Of a stretch of DNA of 32,285 nucleotides, positions 20,347 through 32,285 are shown in pieces. Position 1 is the stretch's first letter; every line of letters starts with the position of its first letter. The stretch comes from Choristocarpus tenellus KU-1152 (taxonomy: Eukaryota; Protista; Phaeophyceae). Where the stretch lies: the NCBI GenBank assembly GCA_964200185.2, contig CAXNAD020000073.1:1-32285 (forward strand), written 5' to 3'. A program made the position numbers and the translations under genes. The notes below the pieces were generated by a model that ran no database searches, was not told where the DNA came from, and was given only the letters and a program-made list of their open reading frames with translations.

Positions 20347-22329
20347 CTTTCTAGTATGTGTCAATCTCGAGCGGTCGATGGTGTTTTGGCTTGGGAAGTT
20401 GACAAAGAGGGGTGAAACATCTGACACAGTGAAAATTGAGGCACTAGCAACACACACATGCTGGAGGACGTCCAATACAGCTGGATTCGTAGGGGACTTG
20501 AATTTTAGAGAGTAGGAAGGTGATCATGGTCAGGTGTATAGGTCAGGTGATAGACTGACACATGGCATCAAAGAGTAAAAACCAGGAAATTTCCTCCTTC
20601 AAATTGGAGATGTTTTGAAGTAGATATCAAATTGTGTCATATCTTGTTCGCATCAAGAGTTAGGTGCTGTGCAACCATCACCATACCTGCGTGGCTTTAT
20701 TGTGACAGCAGGATGAAGGCACATTCAGTGTTCTGTGTTTTCTGACTTCTTCTGCCTTCTTCTGTTGGGTGACCAGGCATGTTGAGACATGGAGGACCAC
20801 ATACGTTCCCCTCTCTCATACCTCAATCAAAAGTTTGGATTTTGCAGCACTTCAGTAGCAAGTTTCCTTGAGAACCAGAAAGGATGTCTGTAAAAATGCT
20901 AAGTCTTGCATATAGTATGTGTCAACCTTTCAAGTGTTGGGTCAAGTGCAATGGCTACCCATACTTAACGTCTATTGGTATTTTCATAAATGTACTAAGT
21001 TCCACTAAAGGGTGGATTGTAGAGTCTTGCACCATTATGTCGGCAATGGAGAATTTAGTGTACACTGAATGGTGAAAAACCTCCTGGAGCAGACATTCCA
21101 CCATGGTCCATTATAGCATGAATACGAGCGTTCTGTTTTTCTTACAAAAGGACTCGCAAAAGGAGAGTTCTCCATTGTAGTATAGGTCGGTTGCAGCAAA
21201 AGGACAATGAGATGCAAGCAATTATTATGTGGAGTCATACTCTTGATACTCTGCGATTATGATTGTGTACTTCTAGTAACGTGCACCAGGGGATGTTGAC
21301 TGTCTGTCTCCCGTTATTGCAATCCCTTCGGTTAGTGTGACAATGGCATGAGTTTGAAAGTAGGAAGGTGAAGCAAGCAAAAGAGATATATGAATGCTCC
21401 TGGTAGTGGTGAGCTCGGCTAGTTCAAGATCACAAGTGCAAGTATGGCCTGGTATTGTGTTGACACAAGATTTTTGTGATAAGAATGAAATCTCGTATCA
21501 ACTAATGCTAGAGGGACAACAAAAGATACATCGATGACTAAGTGTGAACTGAATCTCCATCGTACTGTTGTCAGTTTATTTCAGTCATACAATACCATCA
21601 ACGAGTTGAAAGGGCTTACTTTTTCTGTTCACCAGGCTAGAGGGAAGTCCTCACAGTGATAGAAGTTTTGTAGTTCACTTGTACACTTGCAACAGCCTAC
21701 ACTACACATAATTCAACTTTCATGAGCAAGTCCTGAAAGTCTAGTTTAAGGCACGGTATAGGAGTGGACGAAGGTGGGATGTTTTGGATGAATGTGGAGT
21801 GTAATGGAGGTGGAGCATTTTAGGAGGATTGTTGTGCGAGTGGATTTGCAGAAATTGGTTGGCGGTTGGATGAGTGGAAAATGGCGACATAGTTGGAGTA
21901 AAAAAGATGGTTGTGACGATGGTGTGATACGGAGTGGTTCGACGTCAGTTGAGGCATGGAGTGGATGCACAGCTAAGACCAGGTCAAATAATTAATTCAG
22001 AACTTGTGAGGAAGGCAAAACAATGACTAATCAAATTGTGGAAAACAGGGTTGTTTGTCACCATATCGTTACTGCCGCATGTCATATACCGACATATCGG
22101 TTGAGGTTCTTTTCTGAGATTTCGGTTCAACTGTGGTGGATCTTAGGAATGAAGTTTCTGCGACTGCTTGTGGCATATCTCCAATGTCAGGGGTTTCTAT
22201 CCTAAACCCCATCCGAACCGTCATCCTCCCCACTTCCTCACTCAGTACTTGTCCTTGTGTCCAACCTTAAACTCTCGTCTCATTACGGTTCGTCTTGGTT
22301 CATCTGGTCTGATTTGCTTGGTGATCGAT

Positions 22330-22860
22330 TGTCTTCGCCACCCTTCCCTCTGTGAATCACGCCTTCACAGAATTACACCTTTCACAAATAGTATCAGCCC
22401 TGTCACAGTGGACAGGAATCTCCGCATGGATCTGGTGTTCAATGCAGGGGCGCTGGCGGACGCTGGAACAGCCCCCTACAGGGACAAAGGCCTTCTACTC
22501 GAAGTCACATTTGCAGAGGTACAGGCAACCTCCCACCCTACCCACTCATCCACCAGCAAGCAATGGTGTAGCTGCTGCTGCAGCTGAGGCACGAAAGTGC
22601 ACCCACTACGAGTATTCTTTTGATCCTCGTAGTTATAATAACCTCAACACCTTCATGGTTGAAAGTTTTGGGCGCCTCAGCAACCAAGCGGAATGTTTCC
22701 TGGATGAGCTGGCTACTCACGTGGTAGGGGGGCAAGGGGCAGGAGGTTGTGGCAGGAAAGAAAGGAGTAGTTAAATCCTGGCTACGCCAAATTGCCTCGG
22801 TACCTACGCAAGTGGTACTATCCAGACGTGTCATGCGTTTTAAGATGGTATCACCAGGAA
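22330..22860 (+). mobile_element. CRE-like non-LTR retrotransposon 3' fragment (restriction-like endonuclease domain), frameshifted
   Basis: LRMDLVFNAGALADA...DKGLLLEVTFAE...GVAAAAAEARKCTHY...SFDPRSY...TFMVESFGRL...FLDELATHVVGG...KGVVKSWLRQIASVPTQVVLSRRV across two frameshifts. This is the R(P/M)D-(D/E)V-K-Y RLE layout followed by the ESFGR motif. Confidence 0.8.
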
Positions 22861-23549
22861 GATGGGCACGGAGGGGCTTATTGGATTCTGGGGATGCTGT
22901 TGAAACATTAGTAAACCCCTGAGCTACCGATTACTACTGTTTCAACAGATGCCTCCCTAGGTCCTCCCCCTGGGGCATAGGTATAGGTAGATTGGAGACA
23001 CAGGAAGGCAGTAGTACAATATAGATAGTGGTGAAGGAACAAATAGATTAGTCTTTCACATGTATGACATTTATTTCCTTAGGGCTTACACTGACAATGT
23101 GTATAGTTTTCATTGCTTTCCCCCCTGACACATCTTCAAAATATCCGAGAGCATAATAAAAGAGTAAAACCATAGTACATACATATAATCTTGGTATAAC
23201 TTACACAATATTACAAAAGAAATTTGTTCCTACACTCAAACAGACACAAGGCATCTATAGGGTTAGTGTGTGAAAACATTTATTTCTAGTATGTGATGGT
23301 GGGGTGAAAGAGAATAAAATTACCTTCGTTCCTCCTCATGGTTCCCCCACATTCGATACGTTCGAGTGTTTGGAATCGAAGAGACTTTCGTAAAGGAACC
23401 ATCCCCTGGATGTTAGCTTGTGGGGATGCTGATGTTCAAGGTTATCCCTCTTCACGAATTATTTCGCTTTTGACTCTCTTTCTGTGAGAAGAGCTATCTT
23501 GCCTTGAGGTGGAACAGGTGAAGGGTACAAAACCCAGCTCTTGTGAGCT

Positions 23550-23830
23550 AACCAACACAGTAATCCCACAAACGCGGCGTGATTTCAATGTCTCTTGAGA
23601 GTCGTTGATTGCCTCCTTGACGCATTGGCCTACGATCTTCCATCGTCAGCATCTTACACAAGAGAACTACAGGGCTGATGGTGTCGGCTTCAACCGAGCA
23701 GCATGAGTTCGCAATATCGTTTGCAGATCAGCGGGGCTTCGCCGCCCAAGTGGCCAAGGAGAAGGCGGCTATCGAAGCATCGAGGCTTGATGTGAGTTTC
23801 CGATACAGAGATAACCCTTCTTTCTCATAT
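23550..23830. promoter_or_regulatory. CpG-retaining patch, likely unmethylated promoter/first-exon region
   Basis: About 11 CpG in 23641-23800 versus 1 CpG in 5281-5760 (hand counts). It overlaps ATG 23678. Confidence 0.5.
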
Positions 23831-26800
23831 GTCTCAAAGGAGATGCCGAGCTATACACATGGCCAACATCTCAACAATTGATAAATGTGCTCAGTCAAAC
23901 AGAAATTGCATTTTCCTATAACAGAATCCAGTGTATCACGGATTCTCCCTACGGGATGAACATCATGCCCTCAAAATTTGCACGGCTGCCTTTCATGCGA
24001 ACGAGTTCGCCCAGAATATTGTATGTAGGGGAAATCGAAATCCATCTTTACTAATGTAACAGAATAAGAAGATATCGTCTCATTTCATTGCTTTCCGAGG
24101 ATGGCGTAGGTGGGGCTGACAGCAGAAGAGACTCATATGCTGGTACCTCTTCTGTAAAAATAGGAACAGGTCGAGTAGGTCTCCTATTACATGATTCTTT
24201 ACTGTTCAAAAAGTACGAGTCCTTACCTTTTGTCCTTCAAGTCCCTGTTGTTCGAACACCTGATGTGATAAAATGCCTTTGCCTCATTGGCAGCACGAAC
24301 AGTGGGAGCGGCATTGGCATTGTGAGAATCGAAGGGTGAGGGAGCACTATTCAGCCGATGGGAGACAGACATTTGCTCTCACCTTCTTCAATGGGAAGAA
24401 GCCAGGGTAAGTGTCTCAGAAAGAACAGACCTCATACTTTATGCTTCAGTATGTAGGGAATGAGTTCTCTCAGAAATATAACCTTCTAATCAGATTTCCT
24501 TCAGCGTTGTAGATATATCTTCTGTGGTGCTTAGTTGGTTCGAATGCCAGTGGATCCCAGCTATTCAACAGATTTAATCAGCGCCGATTATCTAATAATA
24601 TGTTGATATTGATGAGCTATGTGAGAATAAAAGCTGTTTTTAGTAAAAAGTAATGTGGAGAACCAGTTGATACACATCATTCAAGAAGTCATAGCCAACA
24701 GAGTTGCCCAGTAAATCACAAGCCAGTTTTTCGACCAAGGCATAGTACCCCTATGATGTTGTATACTATACTTTGTACCTCTCATACGTTTTTACTGGAT
24801 ACTGCTCTTCTACATCAGTGCAACAGTGATCATATGGAGTAATGAAGCATAGAGGTGTACAGGAGCCCCAGTGATCAGCCATCGCATTACCATCTATTTA
24901 CAGGGAAATACTCCTGCCCCTTTGGTCGTGTTCTAGGAGGGAATGCTGCAATCCTATTGCAAGGGATGTGGGAATCCCAATGGAAGAAGCTCTCCCCCTT
25001 CACACGGTCAAAGCAAACTTTGAAGAAAGTTTTATTGCCATATTCATAGAGACTGCATTATTCACAGTCCGCCTCACTTATCACACCCATTGACATGAGA
25101 AATATGACCTCATCATATTAAAGGTTAGCCTTACTACCCCTTCGCCTGTAGGGTGTTTCAAATGAAAAAAATATGTACACCAGCAACACAGTTGAACTAC
25201 ACTCTGGCAATTGTCCAGAAAATGCTATACAAGAAACATATCTCAGCTGGGCCTACAAACAGTGTGTTGATACCACTTGAGGAGGATGCAACATAGCATC
25301 CCGTCCATTCCCCATGTTGGCAGGAGGAGTATGGAAGGCGAGGAAATTTGCTGAGAGCTTGCTTGTGCATGTATCATATTGAGGGACAATATTGCATCTT
25401 GGCGTGTTCTATGACATATAGAGGGAGATATGGAAGTAAGGTACTTCTCATGGATGCAGAGGGTCTAATACCACATAAACGTGCCAACTGTGTGTCCTCA
25501 ATTCTCTACTACAGAGCTCAGAATGGCATCATTTTGTTGTTACAAATACCTCCCATTTGTCAATGAAGCTAAAGCACCCATAGAGTACCCTGGCAGACAA
25601 TGTGGGAGACATATTGGCACCATATTTTTTACAGAACTTCTCATTGCAGGGGTGCATCGCTTGTTGCCCTATGCAATGACACACACATTCCAATTCCAAT
25701 GAAAGACCTGACCTTCCAGTCACAATTGACACTAAACTGGACAGGAAAACAGAATGCCTGGCATTGGATTATCTAATGGCTGCGCAATACTTGAAGTCAA
25801 GAACTATCAAGGCAGAGCCTTCAAGCGATATGGTGAGGTAGACAATTAATGATGGAGTCAAAATCAGAAACCGATTAATCAAGAGTTCGATATACCTTCA
25901 AGCACAAATACAGTACTGTGGTATGTAGATTACACCTGAATGCATCAGAAATGCGACACTATTTTGCTAAGCACATCTTTCCCGCAGAATATATAGGAAT
26001 ACGTTATTTCCGTATGCATCAAGCCCAGGGAAAAGTTGGGTGCACTTAACTGTTGATAAATTGTTCTGTCAACTCCTGTATCCATTGCAATGGACCCCAA
26101 AAGCCATTTGGGATTACTTTAGACTACCAGAGTTGGTGATCTTACAACCACACGGTTCAGCAGTCTATGATGGTCGCTAGTTTATATACCCTGGTTCACG
26201 TTTTGGGGTTTGGGCATCTGGAAGTCTCCAATTATTTGAGACTCCTGGCAACTGCAAGTTGCCATACGGTATGTCTCTGTAGGCAGATGGATGAAACGTG
26301 TACTCTCTACATTGATTTTGATATGCTTCTGGGGGAAGAGTAATACAGTTCATATTTTTGGGTTGCTACCTACTAGTAGGTACTCTGTCCAAGACTATGC
26401 AACAAACTTCGATCTAAGCAAATTACCTCTGCAAGTTCCATTTTCCAAATATGAACTATCAAACTTACATTATCCTGCACTCGATCATTCATGAAGCCCA
26501 TTTTTTTGGTCCCACATACATATTCGGAGGATTTCAAGTTGCCTAAGGACACCCCGGTCAAGGGCACAAAACAATTGTGCAAGCCACATTTCAAGATTTT
26601 GTTCAACAAGTCGAAGAAGCCCATAGATTTGCGATCTGAGGCTGCGTCATTCCAGGCAAGGATATCTTGTGATCCTGCTACAACCACCAGGGATGTAGGC
26701 ATGACTCATTGCCACTCTTGTTTTGAGTGCTTCTCCTACTCATTGGCTATGACTAATCATCCACATCCACCATTATGTCACTGATATATATCACAATGTT

Positions 26801-29800
26801 GTCAGCTCACTATTTAAGGGACTTCATGACTTCAATCACTGTTACATATTTTCCAATTTTAATGTTCTTCACCATAACGGACAATGCAGTTGGGTATATT
26901 ATGTCCCTTACAATCTTACCCAGAATGCTTGACGTGGAATACTACTTCCCAATTCTGTAACAATGCTTAAGAGTTGACTACATACAGAGAGTTTGCAAAG
27001 TTCTATCTAGAGCTCTTGGTCTTGCATGAGTCCTATCTTCCCTTCAATCAAATGTAAGTAATTGCTCAAATATAGAGCTCGTGTACAACCAGTTGTCAAG
27101 TCCTGAACATGCTGTGCATGATACCTGGAGGAGGTACAATCTACATTAGTAGACAGTGATATCACAGATACCATGAATTATTCTTGTCTTTCCTCCCTAG
27201 TTCATTCTGTGAGTGACAACCACTCAAAACTATAAAGTGACACTAACCTCTTCCTCTCTCACTGGCCCTCATCGTTTTCCACCCCTGATCACTCACGCGC
27301 ATATAGCTCAGGCAAACATCTATGACCCACGCCCTGGAGCTGTACAACTTTCTCCTCGAGAAAAATATGTTTTATGCAAGCTGGGGCTCAATATTGACGC
27401 TCAGCAGGGTTCTGATGACAATGAGCGCTCTCCCTGGGTAAAGGTGTGTGAGTCGGATTGGTTATTGCTGAGATAATCCTCCATGATAAGCTTTCAGTAA
27501 TAAGAAACTTGACTTACTTTGTCGACCTCCAAACTGTGTTAATCCTCCACTCAAATTACGCCTTTCTTGTACTACACTTCATTGAGTAGTGGAATCTCCC
27601 TGCCCTTCTCACATAGAGTGAAAGTATCTTAGGGTTAGGGTACACGTTTTGCCCTGTTTGTCCGTTTGTGACTTGACTTCCCATGGGTATTTTATTACAT
27701 TTTACCTACTTCGAAATGTTTCGGAGTAGGTAAAATGTATACTTCATGCAAAGGTATGTCCGGAACAAGGATATTGAAACTTCCTAACAACACACAACAG
27801 CCAAAATTACATCAAAATCGCAACATTGGATTTGACCCCAAACGGACCCGGCTCTACCCTCTAAGATACATTGACTCATGTAAACATCATTCTTTGATCA
27901 CCAGTTTACTCAATAGATAAGATAATAGTAGCATAACTCCTGCTAGTGGAATATGTACAGACTGACTTGAGTTGTGCAGATAGATGCAACTCCCCCTCCT
28001 TGCTTTAATCCATTCAGCTTATTCATACCAAATATATGTTTTTCTCCTCCTATACTACCGTACAGACATTGCCTGCCTCCCTCAGCAAAATCTGTCCCAT
28101 GTTCTTGACACACCTTATTTGCCCAGTAAGGAGGACCCTAATTGTGTGCATTGCTATGCACGTCTCCATTAGATATATACCAGGTCGTCTATGCACCTCA
28201 ATTTCGACCTATCGTTGTTTGTGGTGATGCCTTGCCACAATAAAAGCAAGTTTCAAGCCACCAACCACCACTGGACAACACACCTTTCTAGTTTTGGATG
28301 TCCATGAGAGGAGCGTTTTCGTGATAGCCCTGAAGGGAGGGTCTTCGAACACAGTAGTTACCAAAAGTTATCTTGAGAGTTTGTAACGGCTGAAGTAAGG
28401 GTTTTACATACCCCGGCCTATGCATCATGAAGAGGTCTTACCCAGGGTATGGCATGGGCAACACACTTCCTGTATTGCAAGAGGTTCAGGCTCCTGATTG
28501 ATATGTATATCTATAAGGGAGAAAAATAGATCTAGTATGAACCTTATTCCAGCAATCACCGCAAACTTCTTGAAATACATACATCAAAGTAATATACATG
28601 TTGTTGATTGTAGGTGTGGGGACACACTGCGTCAAAGTGGGCTAACCAGGAGCGGGTGTTTGAAGTTGCAAAAAATCAAGGCCTCCTTTGGGGGAGGTCC
28701 ACCTACATGCCAAAGAACAAAACCCCTTCAAGGTGAGCCCGTTTTGAGTGACTTCCACTAGCAACCAAGTGATGTGTTCACGGACACAACAGAGATATGG
28801 TATTGGTACAAACATGCTTCGAAGAAATTTTCAACGTAGATTGCCCCCCCCCCAAAAAATGCTGGGTAGGTAGGTGCCTATTTGTTGCCCAAAGACAGGT
28901 TAAACATTGGCGTTCAAGAAAAAGTATACATCTACTGGAGTGACAGCTTTGCATCCACCCAGGTATTGTCTTTCTCACATATGGTTTGAAATATCTTACA
29001 GGGCATCATTTGAAGTTCGATCTTATCCACTCATGGTTAGACTTGTACATGTATATATTTTGATGTACTAATTTCAGCTGGTGTTGACAGAGGAACCTGT
29101 CTAGTGCGATAGCTTCCCTACTTACCCTAGGGTCTCACCCACCAGATATTGCAACTTATCCTCATGTACAAGATGCAGTAGGTATTGCTGACAATTAAAC
29201 TGAATTGTATGTGACCCAATGATTGTCCGATCCTTCCCAAGCAGAACATCCCATGAGATTCTCAACCCATGGGTAAGGTACCTACCACCAGTCTCTGACA
29301 AGAGACTCCAGATGGCATCTCGGCTCCCTATTTCATTTCTTGACCAACATGTGGACTGTGAAGTCCTGGAAGCCACCCGTAGGTTGCAGCGCCAAGAACA
29401 CAGGCAATTTATTCATGATACCCTACTTCGTGGTTGTAAGGAGACAAAAGCAGAAACTGTGGACTCATTTGCAAGTTCTAGTGCAAAAAATGACTTGAAC
29501 GAGGCAGACAGCATCAATAAACACAGCACAAGGAAGATTCCCTCGCTTGGAGAGTTCTTCCACTGGCCCTGCACTGCATCAGTACAGGAACCCTTGCCAT
29601 CACACATGCAGGTGGTCGTACCTGAGGGATCTGTCCAAAGGGAGAAATCACAACAGTGTCTAGCTGCCAAAGAGACTGAACCAAATTTAGCCTCGAGCTC
29701 AAAGCTTCAAGTAGGCGAGTGCAAGGAATTAGTGGATGGGTTGGTGGGGTTGCAAGGACAGACTCATAGGGATGAGGAGGTAGACGCTGGCGCAGCAGAG

Positions 29801-31877
29801 AAAAGGCTCGATGATGGGGTGGGTCAGGGAATCAGCACAGGTGATCTGGCAGAAGATTTGCATTATAAGGAGACTTCCGCCAGCTTTGGCCTAACTTCAG
29901 TCATCTCTACTGTCCAAGTATCTGATGAAATGGTGACCATGGACTTGTCGGATGAGACAGGACTGAGTCTAAATGCGGAAGGTCACAAATCAAATAACTT
30001 GAAGGGGAAAAGCAACACATCAATTCCAGTGCCAGCGGGAGAGGAGGTTCCCACTCCTGGACAAGAATCGCAAGATTAATATTTTCCCCAGAAGTCTGTT
30101 CTAGTTCTTGCGATAAATATTCCAAGACTTTTAAGAGTGATTCTTCTTAGACCTGGAGTTGAATTAGGTTCCCGCAGATACTGTTTGATTATGGGTCGCT
30201 TGTAGGTGCTCACGGCACTCTTTTGCAACCACGCTTGCATAGTTGGAGGGATCGCAAGTTATGGGATTGGCATGTTTATCCCCACCAAATTGTAGTATCT
30301 CTTCCTTGATTTCGTGCTCCGTTTGAGTGAAGCAAAGGGCGGACAAAAACACGCTAGTTTACTCCTCAATGATTATAACTTAAGGAAAGTGAGATGTGGT
30401 AGGTGACATCGTGCAGGGTGTGTGGGTAATTGCTATTCTGCCGCTTCAAAATGAGGCAGTAGTGTGCATAATTGGCTAAGATCGTGTATGTGAATAATCG
30501 ATATAATAGGGAAGTGACAAAGAAAATAGTCATGTTTCCTCAGTGTAGCAAATTTAATCCGTATCAAAGGCTGATCTAGGGGGGAATATGTGCTACCTTC
30601 ATAGTGTGACCCCAATTCATCCTCTATTGGTATGGTTCTGTTGCCTGTACTTCTAGAACTTTCATCATGCCATGTGATAATAGAGAAAAACAATCACTTA
30701 AAGGTCGCTTCTTGTTCACCTGATCATGGAATGACCCTGAAGTAAAAATACACTCTGGAATACTACGTAAGATTGTATAATAGGGTTAGGGTATAATACG
30801 ATGGATAAGGTTCCTTGTTGGAAGACTGAGGCAAAGAGCAAAAAGTGCTCAGTGAAAACTATTGTTCCATACTTACTCAAAAGATCGGTCGGTGGGATGG
30901 CTGAGCCCAACGTGGGAGAAGTAAGAAGGCACAACTGGAGGCAGTAACCATAGGTGTAACACAGGAGTCTGTTGCAATAGTTAGTATTGGAAGTAATCCA
31001 ATGTGTAGCGCCTCTGCCCACAGGTCGGGATAGTTCCCAGAACAAAGTGAAGCAACAATAAAAATACAAATATATTGCATTGAAAAAACCTTCCTCTTTT
31101 AGATGTTAATACTCCAGAATATTATCAGAATATTAAGATCGTAAATATAATACAAATACATTGTTGGGTGTCTGAGGTGATTTGTGATCTGTAGTAAGTG
31201 ATCGTTTAAGACACGCAGTGGACATGGACTGATACAATGCCCTGTGGACATAGTCCAGACTTTTTAATTTCTGGCCTGGTGAAAAGCCCTGATGATTATG
31301 CATTATGATGAACCAAAAAACATGAATCAAGAAGACAATGTGTTTAGTTTCGTTCTGTGGTCTGATTTGTTGGCCACTTCAATAGGCTTGTAGACGTCTA
31401 TCCTAGGTACTGATTGATGTGCTCTTGTTCCCTGATGAAAAAAAAACATTTCATCAGAGTAATACTGAACTTTGGTTATGCTTCCTTCACAACAAGTTTC
31501 AGGTTTGCTTCTGTACACAAATACAGAAGCAACGTAAGATGGGTGTAACATTGATAGTTCACACCAGTACAGCACCGTGCTGTAGCCAAACAGTACAACA
31601 ACCCCAATCATGCTAAGAGCAGCACCTGCAAACAAAACGACACCATTTCATCTTGCAGTCTCCATATCAAAGTATTAAGTCCTTTCCCCAACCTGCACAC
31701 CTTTCAGACACCTGTGCCTTTCAATCTAAAAATCTCCACTGATATGCAGAAATAAATTACAGACATCCCTGTGGCACATACTGTAAAACACACCCTCTGG
31801 AGATGTACAATGGAGCGTACAATACATTCAGGAGATCTTTGCCTTGGAGAAGTCCATCTCTGGGTGCTGTTGTGCAG
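23678..31877 (+). pseudogene. Multi-exon gene of unknown function, probably decaying. Candidate exons: 23678-23791, ~24100-24175, 24294-24406, 24904-25006, 25324-25440, 27312-27443, ~28291-28445, 28614-28732, ~29091-29181, ~29245-30205, ~30296-30388, 31708-31877
   Basis: First exon MVSASTEQHEFAISF...RLD|gtgagt. Exons 24294, 24904 and 25324 chain in phase. There is a 286-aa ORF at 29219-30079. Apparent in-frame stops lie at 28374, 28428, 30077, 30203 and 31753, with protein-like sequence continuing after them. The model is incomplete and the product is not recognised. Confidence 0.45.
29219..30079 (+). CDS. Large exon of the second gene, acidic/disordered region
   Basis: Longest ORF in the window (286 aa) with E/S/D-rich composition. 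The reading frame appears to continue past the TAA. Confidence 0.6.
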   Translation: MIVRSFPSRTSHEILNPWVRYLPPVSDKRLQMASRLPISFLDQHVDCEVLEATRRLQRQEHRQFIHDTLLRGCKETKAETVDSFASSSAKNDLNEADSINKHSTRKIPSLGEFFHWPCTASVQEPLPSHMQVVVPEGSVQREKSQQCLAAKETEPNLASSSKLQVGECKELVDGLVGLQGQTHRDEEVDAGAAEKRLDDGVGQGISTGDLAEDLHYKETSASFGLTSVISTVQVSDEMVTMDLSDETGLSLNAEGHKSNNLKGKSNTSIPVPAGEEVPTPGQESQD

Positions 31878-32208
31878 GTAACAGCAGCAGCAGCAACAGC
31901 AGCAGCACAACCAATTGTCAACAGAGTAAACATGAACAGAAGGTGGACAAAAAACTCCATAGAAGTGACAATTGAACAGGAGTGTAATTTTTATGGTTGG
32001 TTGCCCATCAAAAACGTAAAAAAGTCCATGGATTAGTTGTAGCCAATATCTGCCATGACACATGGGAAGGCCTCAAGCAAAAAAGCTTTCATAAAAAAAA
32101 CGTTCATAACACAGAAGAGTGAGCAGTGCTATGTATACACAACACATGAAGAAGATACTACAGGAATTATGATCGGTTGATATCCTGACTGGGTTCCAAA
32201 TCAAAACT

Positions 32209-32285
32209 GGCTCAAAGTATCTGGGGGGGGGGGGGGGGGGGGGGGCCGGGTGGAATAGTTGGATGGGGTTTGTGGTTGTTTGTGT
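32209..32285 (+). mobile_element. Left end of another member of the same TIR family (GGCTCAAAGTATCTGGG + poly-G), truncated by the window edge
   Basis: Shares TCAAAGTATCTGGGGGGGGGG with 18284-18304. Confidence 0.6.

Noticed and set aside
30077-30205. Variant genetic code (TAA/TAG = Gln)
   Set aside because: The ~630-codon CTL-like gene has no in-frame TAA/TAG and ends in TAG. TGA interruptions also occur, so decay is the simpler explanation.

Overview
Eukaryotic, intron-rich, strongly CpG-depleted genomic DNA. It is most likely a stramenopile or brown alga, inferred from intron style and a CRE-type retroelement fragment of the kind known from brown algae. (1) Bases ~545-20346 (+) carry an apparently intact choline-transporter-like (CTL/SLC44/PNS1 family) membrane protein gene. 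I reconstructed it by eye from 13 GT-AG exons with mutually compatible phases (~630 codons in the window; 5' end uncertain). (2) Its introns hold decayed retroelement fragments, minisatellites, a small TIR element and roughly 35 short interstitial TTAGGG/CCCTAA tracts. Several tracts sit between direct duplications of the flanking DNA, several form head-to-head GGGTT/AACCC junctions, and none interrupts an exon. This pattern suggests routine telomerase-templated insertion at internal breaks and is the most notable signal here. (3) A CRE-like non-LTR retrotransposon 3' fragment lies at ~22.3-22.9 kb. (4) A second multi-exon + strand gene of unknown function starts in a CpG-rich patch at 23678. 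Its later exons appear to carry C-to-T-type premature stops, so it is probably decaying. Most ORFs in the supplied track are spurious.
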